This document shows, in pieces, positions 55,228 to 63,252 of a DNA stretch of 64,000 nucleotides. The stretch's first letter is position 1, and every line of letters starts with the position of its first letter. Both the position numbers and the translations under genes were made by a program. Origin of the DNA: Spirochaetota bacterium (lineage in GTDB: Bacteria > Spirochaetota > UBA4802 > UBA5550); assembly GCA_016928865.1 (NCBI GenBank), contig JAFGJX010000069.1, forward strand, positions 40,151-104,150. Direction: 5' to 3'. The notes under the pieces were generated by a model that saw only the letters and a program-made list of their open reading frames with translations, made no database searches and was not told the origin of the DNA.

Positions 55228-56781
55228 ATGCACCAACCGCCGACACTCATCCACCACTTTCTTGAAAACAGCGCGGAGCGCTTTCCTGATAAGGTTGCGC
55301 TTGTGCACGAACAGACCCGCGCCACGTATTATGAGATCAACACAAAGGCAAATCGTGTGGCGCGCGCCCTTGCCGGCATGGGCGTTTCGCAGGGCGATCG
55401 CGTTGTGATACTGCTCCACAACGGCCCTGAGTACGTGGCAAGTTATTACGGCGTGTTGAAAGCGGGCGCGGTGTTCGTGTCGCTCGGGACCGACATCAGG
55501 CCTGACGCGCTGGCGTCGCTCCTGCGCGAGATCGAGCCAGCGGTTGTCATATCATCGGGCCGGTTCGAGGCCGTGCTTGCTGACACGCCCGTATCGTCCT
55601 TCCCGATTAAGTCCCTGATCCTCTCACAGCCGAAATCCGCGTGGGATGGCATGCCCTTTCCGGTGCTTGCACTCGAGGATGTTTTCGCTGATGGCGATTC
55701 GTCAAACCCGGGGCTTGCAATAGATCCGGCCGGGCTGGCGTGTCTCATCTACACCTCCGGATCGACCGGGACGCCGAAGGGCGCCATGCTGTCGCACTTC
55801 AATATCGTGAATAATACCGGATCGATCTGCGCGTATTTGAAGCTCACGCCCGATGACCGCCAGATGGCGGTGCTTCCGTTTTTCTATGTCATGGGCAAAT
55901 CGCTCCTCAATACGCACTTCGCCGTGGGCGGGTCGATCGTCATCAACAACAAGTTCGCGTATACCGGCGCGGTCATCAAGCAGATGATCGACGAGCAGGT
56001 GACCGGCATGTCAGGCGTGCCTTCCACCTATGCGTATCTCCTGCACCGCTCTCCCCTGGCGGCGAGCAGGGACAAGCTCGTTTCACTCCGGTACTGCTCG
56101 CAGGCGGGCGGGCACATGGCAAAGCAGATCAAGCAGGACCTCAGAAAGGCCCTTCCTGACCATACCGAAATCTTCATCATGTACGGCGCGACCGAGGCGT
56201 CCGCGCGGCTGAGCTATCTCGAACCGGCAGAGTTCGGGCGCAAGGTTGATTCCATAGGAAAGGCGATTCCGGGCGTTACGCTGAAGGTGCTCGATGAAAG
56301 CGGTGTTGAGGTCCCGCCTGGCCAGACGGGCGAGTTGACCGCGTCCGGCCCGAACATCATGCGGGGCTACTGGAAGGACCCGGAGACGACCGCGCGCGTG
56401 CTTGATAAAAACGGCTATCACACCGGCGACCTCGCGTACAGGGACGAGGAGGGGTACTTTTATCTGGTGGGCCGCAAGGACAATCTTCTAAAAGTCAGCG
56501 GGCATCGTATCAACCCTCAGGAGATTGAGGACGCTATCATGGAAAGCGGGCTGATCGTCGAGGTAGCGGTAATAGGCAGGCCGGACGAGCTCAAGGGGAA
56601 CAGGCTCGTTGCCGTTGCCGTGCCGATTGAAGGCTCATGCACGGCGGAAAGCGTGCTGAGTCTCTGCGCTTCGAAACTGCCGAAGTTCAAGGTGCCGGAC
56701 GAGGTCGTGTTCGCACGGGCCCTGCCGAAAAAGGCGAGCGGGAAAATTGATCGGTCTGGATGCAGGGCTCTTATCGAATAA
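55228..56781 (+). CDS. Adenylate-forming (ANL superfamily) acyl/aminoacyl ligase, DltA-like partner of the ACP
   Basis: A3 'LIYTSGSTGTPKGAML', A5 'MYGATEAS' and A7/A8 'YHTGDLAYRDEEGYFYLVGRKDNLLKVSGHRINPQEIE'. The A10 Lys is in 'KKASGKIDR'. Confidence 0.92.
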   Translation: MHQPPTLIHHFLENSAERFPDKVALVHEQTRATYYEINTKANRVARALAGMGVSQGDRVVILLHNGPEYVASYYGVLKAGAVFVSLGTDIRPDALASLLREIEPAVVISSGRFEAVLADTPVSSFPIKSLILSQPKSAWDGMPFPVLALEDVFADGDSSNPGLAIDPAGLACLIYTSGSTGTPKGAMLSHFNIVNNTGSICAYLKLTPDDRQMAVLPFFYVMGKSLLNTHFAVGGSIVINNKFAYTGAVIKQMIDEQVTGMSGVPSTYAYLLHRSPLAASRDKLVSLRYCSQAGGHMAKQIKQDLRKALPDHTEIFIMYGATEASARLSYLEPAEFGRKVDSIGKAIPGVTLKVLDESGVEVPPGQTGELTASGPNIMRGYWKDPETTARVLDKNGYHTGDLAYRDEEGYFYLVGRKDNLLKVSGHRINPQEIEDAIMESGLIVEVAVIGRPDELKGNRLVAVAVPIEGSCTAESVLSLCASKLPKFKVPDEVVFARALPKKASGKIDRSGCRALIE

Positions 56782-56864
56782 AAACCTATCAAAAAGCTGG
56801 TTTCAGAGAGACCTGTTAATGATATCGAGTCTGATATAAATTATCAATAATAAGGAGATCATAC

Positions 56865-57764
56865 ATGATTCATAAATCCATATCGAAAACTTTCTTGTCC
56901 CGTCCGGCATGCGTGGCGCTTTTAATGCTGCTCCTGGCTGCCACCTCCGGTGATGCGGCGCAGGAAGCAAGGAAAAGCAATCATGACACTTCGACAACAG
57001 TTTCAACAATCGCCGATTTTCATACGGCCAGCGAGGCTGTGCTCCGAAGCATTCCGCAGGCTGCGATCGATCAGGCGAAAAGGAAGCTTAAGATATATTA
57101 TTTTCACACATCACATGGGAGCCGGGTTATTTCCGGCATGCAGGGCCTCATGGGATACAAGAGGGGCGACGCGGAGAAATATTCGTTTACATCCGGCGGC
57201 CGTCCTAAGCCCGGAAAACTCTTTTTCCAGGAAGACGAGTATGATCTCAGCTCTGGAGAAAAAATATGGGATGGAAAGGTCAGAGAGTATCTAAAAGCAC
57301 ATCCCGATATCAACGTGGTGATGGGATCGTGGTGTAATCCTGCACGACATGATCATAAATGGTATATTCAGCGCATGGAAAAACTTATCTCAGAGTACCC
57401 CCATGTCATCTTTGTCTTCATGACCGGACATCCGAACGGCGACGGCGAAAACCCGTCCGGGGACACCGCATACCGCTGTTACAAGACTATTACCGATCAC
57501 TGCAAGGCAAAGAAGCGCTTTTGCCTGGATTACTGGTCTATTGAGACGCATGGCATGGATGGCAAGTACTATCCTGACGCGAATGACAACGGCGTTGCCA
57601 AAGGGATCAGCTTTTACAAGAACTGGATGTCGAATCACAGAGCAGGAGCGGATTATTTCAAGACCGATTACTGCGCCCACGCCGACCAGCCAATTACCTG
57701 CAACCGTATCGTATATGCATCCTGGTGGCTCTGGGCGCGGATAGCTGGATGGGACGGAAAGTGA
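56865..57764 (+). CDS. Secreted protein with SGNH-like domain (paralogue 3)
   Basis: Signal peptide 'ACVALLMLLLAATSGDAA'. Motifs 'IYYFHTSHGSRV', 'GSWCNP' and 'VIFVFMTGHPNG', with the tail 'YASWWLWARIAGWDGK'. Confidence 0.6.
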   Translation: MIHKSISKTFLSRPACVALLMLLLAATSGDAAQEARKSNHDTSTTVSTIADFHTASEAVLRSIPQAAIDQAKRKLKIYYFHTSHGSRVISGMQGLMGYKRGDAEKYSFTSGGRPKPGKLFFQEDEYDLSSGEKIWDGKVREYLKAHPDINVVMGSWCNPARHDHKWYIQRMEKLISEYPHVIFVFMTGHPNGDGENPSGDTAYRCYKTITDHCKAKKRFCLDYWSIETHGMDGKYYPDANDNGVAKGISFYKNWMSNHRAGADYFKTDYCAHADQPITCNRIVYASWWLWARIAGWDGK

Positions 57765-57983
57765 TTTAATAGCTGGAATAATACTTAAATATCAATAAAA
57801 TTATAGTTTTTTTTTATTGACATTGATTTTCTGGCTTTTTCATGTTATTTTGTAGTATAATTAAATTCATCCCATATCTATTGAATTGAGAGAAAGGCTT
57901 TTTAATCGCTTGTTTTTTCAATAAAAAAAAAGCCGTTCCGGGTGTGTTGTAATTATAATATTTTTTTACATAATATTAATTAA

Positions 57984-60900
57984 ATGAAACGCCTTTATAT
58001 CTTCATGATCGCGGCATTGCTTGCCCTGTCCGCTTCTTCCTGTAAGAACGACAGGGGGACCATATTAAACATGCCGTTTGTCACCAATTATTCGACTGCG
58101 ATAACTTCGTTTTCCATTAATGGGACGGTTGGCAGCATTGAAGGCGATAGCATCACTGTAATTCTCCCCTGTGAATCGACCCTGCATGACCTTGTGGCCT
58201 TTTACTCCACGAATGAAGATAATCTGGTCGAGGTGGACGGCCTCGAGCAGATAAACGGTGAAACGCATAATGATTTCACCGATCCAGTTGAATACACGGT
58301 GACGACCGTAAACGGCAGGTCAAGGGTTTATACCGTTCATGTCATTATTCCCCATTACCGTGATAAAATAATATCCTCGTTTTCTATTAATGGCGCTGGC
58401 GGTGTTATAGCTGGAAGTGACATTGCCGTTACGACGCCATATGGCACTGATCGATCTAACCTGTGCGCCACCTTTGCCTTTGTGGGGCATGAGGTCACGG
58501 TCGATGGTATTGTGCAGGAGAGCGGCGTTACGATAAATGATTTTACCGCGCCGAAAACGTACGTTGTCGAAGCGTGCGACGGGGACATGCAGGGATACAC
58601 GGTAACGGTGACAAACGCGCTGAACCACGCGCGCGACATCACCGCCTTTTCGATAAACGGCACCCCGGGAACCATCGTGGGAACGAATATCGGCCTCACG
58701 CTCCCCTACGGCACGGACCCGTCTGACCTGATAGCTAACTTCACCACCACGGGCGTGTCCGTAACCGTGGACGAAGTGCCGCAGACCAGCGGGTCTACCG
58801 CAAATGATTTCTCTGATCCTGTCGAGTACACCGTGCACGCTGAAAACGGTGAAACCCGGGTCTACACCGTGACCGTGACGGTCGCGCTCAATGACGCCTG
58901 CGACCTTACCGCGTTCTCCATCAACGGAACGCCCGGCACGATCTCCGACACGGATATTGGCGTTACCATGCCGTACGGCACCGACCGGACGAACCTGGCT
59001 GCGACGTTTGCGATAACCGGCGTATCGGTATCCGTTGACGGCGAGAATCAGAACAGCGGAATCACAACAAATGATTTCACCGGCCCGGTTGAGTATACGG
59101 TACATGCCCAAAATGGCGATACAAAGGTCTATACCGTAACCGTGACCAACGCACTCAATTATGCCTGTGACCTTACGGCATTCTCTATCGGCGGGACGCC
59201 CGGCACGATCTCCGGCACGGATATTGGCGTTACCATGCCGTACGGCACCGACCGGTCGAACCTGATTGCCTCGTTCACGACCACGGGCGTGTCCGTGACA
59301 GTGGAGAGCGTAACGCAGACCAGCGGGTCCACGCCGAACGATTTCACCGGTCCGGTTGAGTACACCGTGCATGCGGAAAACGGCGACACAAAGGTCTACA
59401 CCGTAACCGTGACCAATGCGCTCAATAATGCGTGCGACATCACGGCATTCTCCATCGGCGGGACGTCCGGCACCATCGTGGGCACGAATATCGGCGTTAC
59501 GATGCCATACGGTACTAACCGGACAAGCCTGGTAGCCTCCTTCACCACCACCGGCGAGTCCGTGACCGTGGACAGCATTAACCAGATCAGCGGATCCACG
59601 GCGAACGATTTTACCGATCCGGTTGAGTATACGGTGCACGCGGAAAACGGAGATACGAAAGTATACACCGTGACCGTGACCAACGCGCTCAATGACGCGT
59701 GCGATATCACGGCATTTTCAATAAACGGTACCGCGGGTAACATCTCTGGCACGAATATCGGCCTTACCCTGTCTTATGGAACCGATCCGTCGAATTTGAT
59801 CGCCTCCTTTACGACCACGGGCATGTCCGTGACCGTGGATAGCGTGCCGCAGATCAGCGGGTCCACGGCGAATGATTTTACCGATCCGGTTGAGTATACG
59901 GTGCACGCGGAAAACGGAGATACGAAGGTATACACCGTGACCGTGACTATATCGGCCGGCGACGCGTGCGACATCACGGCGTTTTCCATAGGCGGGAACA
60001 CCGGCACTATCGTGGGCACGAATATCGGCGTTACCATGCCGTACGGCACCGATCGGTCGAGCCTGATTGCAACCTTTACCACTACCGGCGCGTCTGTCAC
60101 GGTGGACAGCGTGACGCAGATCAGCGGGTCCACGCCGAATGATTTCAACGACCCGGTTGAGTACACCGTGCACGCGGAAAACGGGGATACACGGGTCTAT
60201 ACCGTGACCGTGACCAATGCTCTTAACAGCGCCCGCGACATCACGGCATTTTCCATCGGCGGGACATCCGGAAGCATCACCGGGACCGATATCGGCATTA
60301 CCATGCCCTACGGCACGAATTCGTCGAACCTGATTGCCTCGTTCACGACCACGGGCGAATCAGTGACTGTTGACGGCGTGCCGCAGATCAGCGGATCGAC
60401 CGCGAATGACTTTACCGATCCGGTTGAGTACACCGTGCACGCGGAAAACGGGGATACACGGGTCTATACCGTGACCGTGTCGATCGCGCTCAATGACGCG
60501 CGCGAGATAACGGCTTTCTCCATCAATGGCACTGCCGGCGTGATCGGCGGTACGGACATTACCCTGACGCTCCCCCATGGCACGAATCCGGCGAGCCTGA
60601 TTGCCTCGTTCACGACCACGGGCGAGTCCGTGACCGTAAACAGTGTGACGCAGATCAGCGGATCGACCGCAAATGATTTCACCGGTCCGGTAGAGTACAC
60701 GGTTCACGCGGAAAACGGGGACACGCGGGTCTATACCGTGACCGTGTCGATCGCGCTCAATGACGCGCGCGAGATAACGGCCTTCTCCTTTAATGGCATA
60801 GCCGGCGTAATTTCCGGCACGGATATCAGCGTTACGCTGCCCCAGGGCTCTGATCCGTCGAACCTGATCGCCGCGTTTGCGACCACGGGCGTTAGTGTCA

Positions 60901-62030
60901 CGGTGGACAGTGTGACGCAGATCAGCGGCTCCACGGCAAACGATTTCTCCGACCCGGTGGAGTATGTCGTGCATGCTGAAAACAGCGATACCCGGACCTA
61001 TACCGTGACCGTATCGATTTCCAGCGATGTCCTTCTCGCCGGGACCTATGCGGCGGGCTATTACCATAACGGAACATCAAATATTGCCTGTCTCTGGAAT
61101 ATAAGCGTAACCGCGCCGGTCAGGAGAGACCTGGAGTCCTCGGAATCCACGGCGGTCAGCGTGTCGGTATACGGCGACGACGTGTATGTGGCCGGTACAT
61201 ACGGGAGCGGCGCCTGCTACTGGAAGATAAGCGGCAGCGATGTGACCAGGACCGACCTTGACGGCACGGATGAGATCATGGTGGTCGATTCCATAATTTC
61301 AGGGGACTACCTGTATATTTCAGGCACCAGCGACCTGTACGGCGCCAGTGAGGCGAGCTACTGGAAAGTTGATTGTACGGACGGGACGCATGAAAGGATA
61401 ACCCTGACCGGCGGCGCCGGCGCCATGGCTTATGAGATGAAGGAATACGGCGGTATTATCTATATAGCCGGGACCGCTTCGCACCCGAGCCTGGGCGTTC
61501 CCTCGCCCTGCTACTGGGCCATAGACACGGGTGTGGATACTCAGTATTTCGTTCATTATGGCATCGGCTACGGCAGGGCGATTATGCCTGACGGTTCGTG
61601 TATCATCATCGGCGGCTGGTTCGTGTATGATACTCCGAGCTATACGCAGGCGGAGACGTGGACCTATTACGGAACGCCTGTTCCGGCGGTCAACCTGCCG
61701 CCATTGATGTCGCTTCCCGACTCTTCAGCTGTCTCTTCATCATTGTACATGTCCGGGGATCATTATTTTGCCGGGATGCAGGCCGGCTCAGCCTGCTACT
61801 GGCTCAACGGCTCTCACTACGACCTTGACGGCAGCGAGCTTTCATACGCATACGGGCTTTCACCGATCGGTTCTGTCATATACCTGCCCGGGTATACAAA
61901 CGTCAGCGAGGCAGGCACGTCCGGGACCGCGTGCGTGTGGAAGAAAACTGGGGCCGTGGTGACGCGTACCGATCTCACAACCAGCGCCACGGGCGAGGCC
62001 GCGGCCTGGGACGTGTTCGTCAGGGATTGA
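57984..62030 (+). CDS. Giant surface lipoprotein: 11 tandem ~89-aa Ig-like repeats + C-terminal beta-propeller-like region
   Basis: Leader 'MKRLYIFMIAALLALSASSC'. The repeat consensus is 'ITAFSINGT.GTI.GT.IGVTMPYGTD.SNLIASFTTTG.SVTVDSV.QISGSTANDFTDPVEYTVHAENGDT.VYTVTVT'. The last ~330 aa carry 6-7 units with '(A/P)C(Y/L/V)W' after 'Y(V/I)AG'. Confidence 0.85.
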   Translation: MKRLYIFMIAALLALSASSCKNDRGTILNMPFVTNYSTAITSFSINGTVGSIEGDSITVILPCESTLHDLVAFYSTNEDNLVEVDGLEQINGETHNDFTDPVEYTVTTVNGRSRVYTVHVIIPHYRDKIISSFSINGAGGVIAGSDIAVTTPYGTDRSNLCATFAFVGHEVTVDGIVQESGVTINDFTAPKTYVVEACDGDMQGYTVTVTNALNHARDITAFSINGTPGTIVGTNIGLTLPYGTDPSDLIANFTTTGVSVTVDEVPQTSGSTANDFSDPVEYTVHAENGETRVYTVTVTVALNDACDLTAFSINGTPGTISDTDIGVTMPYGTDRTNLAATFAITGVSVSVDGENQNSGITTNDFTGPVEYTVHAQNGDTKVYTVTVTNALNYACDLTAFSIGGTPGTISGTDIGVTMPYGTDRSNLIASFTTTGVSVTVESVTQTSGSTPNDFTGPVEYTVHAENGDTKVYTVTVTNALNNACDITAFSIGGTSGTIVGTNIGVTMPYGTNRTSLVASFTTTGESVTVDSINQISGSTANDFTDPVEYTVHAENGDTKVYTVTVTNALNDACDITAFSINGTAGNISGTNIGLTLSYGTDPSNLIASFTTTGMSVTVDSVPQISGSTANDFTDPVEYTVHAENGDTKVYTVTVTISAGDACDITAFSIGGNTGTIVGTNIGVTMPYGTDRSSLIATFTTTGASVTVDSVTQISGSTPNDFNDPVEYTVHAENGDTRVYTVTVTNALNSARDITAFSIGGTSGSITGTDIGITMPYGTNSSNLIASFTTTGESVTVDGVPQISGSTANDFTDPVEYTVHAENGDTRVYTVTVSIALNDAREITAFSINGTAGVIGGTDITLTLPHGTNPASLIASFTTTGESVTVNSVTQISGSTANDFTGPVEYTVHAENGDTRVYTVTVSIALNDAREITAFSFNGIAGVISGTDISVTLPQGSDPSNLIAAFATTGVSVTVDSVTQISGSTANDFSDPVEYVVHAENSDTRTYTVTVSISSDVLLAGTYAAGYYHNGTSNIACLWNISVTAPVRRDLESSESTAVSVSVYGDDVYVAGTYGSGACYWKISGSDVTRTDLDGTDEIMVVDSIISGDYLYISGTSDLYGASEASYWKVDCTDGTHERITLTGGAGAMAYEMKEYGGIIYIAGTASHPSLGVPSPCYWAIDTGVDTQYFVHYGIGYGRAIMPDGSCIIIGGWFVYDTPSYTQAETWTYYGTPVPAVNLPPLMSLPDSSAVSSSLYMSGDHYFAGMQAGSACYWLNGSHYDLDGSELSYAYGLSPIGSVIYLPGYTNVSEAGTSGTACVWKKTGAVVTRTDLTTSATGEAAAWDVFVRD
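58101..61040 (+). repeat. In-frame tandem repeat array, 11 units of ~267 bp
   Basis: Unit boundaries were derived from the translation: residues 40-129, 130-218, then nine 89-aa units from residue 219 (nt 58638). Units 3-11 are very similar at the DNA level. For example, the 53-nt string 'gtctataccgtgaccgtgtcgatcgcgctcaatgacgcgcgcgagataacggc' occurs in two consecutive units. Confidence 0.9.
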
Positions 62031-62036
62031 CCCGGA

Positions 62037-62870
62037 TTATTCGTACGGCGTAAATTGGATCCAGTCTATCTGGTATATGCATTCCGTGCCTGTCGGCGGC
62101 GGTCCGCCGACCCAGCCGCCGATCTGCGACCATACATTTAACTTCAGCTGATACGGGGCGTTAATGGTGATGGCGTTATCTGCGTACGTATATCTCTGTA
62201 ATTCGGTGCCGTCAACCGTCCAGCTGATATAATCCGGCGTGATTTCGAAGCCATAAACATGAAAGGCATCGGAAGGATTGAATCCGAGCTCAATATCAGG
62301 ATTGGTGTTGAAGCTGGTGAGCCCTGATGCGTGCACCGCATAATGCACCTCTCCGGATGATGCGCCGAACGATTTGGAAAGAAATTCAATATCGATCTCC
62401 TGCTTGGTGCCGTCGCTGGTGCTGCCGGCGGTCGTGGTGTCGTCCCAGTCGATCGTGTACAGGGAATTCAGGACCCCTGCCACGCCGGTCGGCTTCAGCC
62501 TCGCTTCCCAGGTGCCGTACAGGAATTCCTCCCGGGTCTGGATGGCGGCGCTGAGAAAACCGTCTTCGGCGTCATTGATGAATACCATGTTCAGGCGCCC
62601 GTCCTGCACGTAGCACCGGTCGCGTCCGGTCTGGCCTCCGTGTTCCGCCCATGTCGCTATCTGCCATGCCGTTTCATCGACCGCGGTGCCGTTGAAATCG
62701 TCGCGGAATGACGCGGTACTGTGCGGCTCGTCTGCCGGCGGCGCTGCGGGATTGCCGGAAAGAATCTGGAAGGCGAGCGCTGATTGCAGGAAGGAATTAT
62801 CATCGCCATTGAATATACATCCGGTAAAAACAGCAGTGACCATAATTAAAAATCGCAATCCCATCTTCAT
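62037..62870 (-). CDS. Glycoside hydrolase family 16 lipoprotein (beta-glucanase/laminarinase-like)
   Basis: Catalytic motif 'EIDIEF' (ExDxxE) and lipobox 'VFTGC' after the ATG at 62870. It is convergent with the giant lipoprotein, and the stops are 6 nt apart. Confidence 0.85.
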   Translation of the reverse strand: MKMGLRFLIMVTAVFTGCIFNGDDNSFLQSALAFQILSGNPAAPPADEPHSTASFRDDFNGTAVDETAWQIATWAEHGGQTGRDRCYVQDGRLNMVFINDAEDGFLSAAIQTREEFLYGTWEARLKPTGVAGVLNSLYTIDWDDTTTAGSTSDGTKQEIDIEFLSKSFGASSGEVHYAVHASGLTSFNTNPDIELGFNPSDAFHVYGFEITPDYISWTVDGTELQRYTYADNAITINAPYQLKLNVWSQIGGWVGGPPPTGTECIYQIDWIQFTPYE

Positions 62871-63252
62871 GTGATCTGGCCCTCCATGCAAATATCTCTT
62901 TTTATTGCTGTGGTAACATCGTATATCATATTGTATTCATGCCAGGTAAATTTTGTAATACATCGGTCCATTGAAAAAAGAACTGGAACAAACCATTTAA
63001 TACTATCAATGATTTGCTTTAAAGTCAAATTATTGTTTAATTATTTGTTGCCAGATTTTATAATTTATAATAAATCAGAAGCCCTGGAAAGTCGTCAAGG
63101 TATCTTGTTGGGATTTTTTCTGGATCTGACCTGGGTTATTATTGCTATAGAAAATAATTTTGACACGGCACATGAGATATACGCATTTCATCTGATAGCG
63201 ATGCGATTTCTTCATTTTTTATTAATATTCATGGTTATAATTAGGTAGTGAT

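Noticed and set aside
48732-57764. The terminal 'ARIAGWDG(Q/K)' shared by two exported proteins as a C-terminal sorting signal (PEP-CTERM, GlyGly-CTERM or LPXTG style). The locus was also considered as an exosortase/PEP-CTERM system.
   Set aside because: Known sorting tags have a motif followed by a TM helix and a basic tail, whereas here the motif is the very last residues. The third paralogue ends with a related helix ('AKLAGIR'), so it looks like the last helix of the domain. No exosortase (EpsH) gene or PEP-CTERM protein is in the window.
1235-60173. Many long ORFs antisense to, or out of frame with, recognised genes. Examples are 1235-1897(-), 4745-5701(-), 10224-11171(+), 13096-13989(-), 22197-23138(-), 24535-25236(+) and 30285-30917(-). 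Further examples are 31562-32203(-), 35823-36386(-), 37279-38010(-), 39968-40675(-), 51662-52159(+), 58320-59639(-) and 60360-61067(-).
   Set aside because: Each overlaps a gene with strong family motifs on the other strand or frame. Their translations are Arg/Pro/Gly/Ser-rich low-complexity strings, typical of shadow ORFs in GC-rich DNA.
58101-61040. Regular 267-bp repeats considered as a possible CRISPR array or satellite.
   Set aside because: The period is far too long for CRISPR and there are no unique spacers. The array is one continuous ORF encoding a repeated protein domain. No cas genes are in the window.
62871-63248. 125-aa ORF in the GH16/galE divergent spacer, and the 71-aa ORF at 48434-48649.
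   Set aside because: The spacers are very AT-rich. The sequences are Ile/Phe/Leu-rich with no RBS or motif, as expected from chance ORFs in promoter regions.
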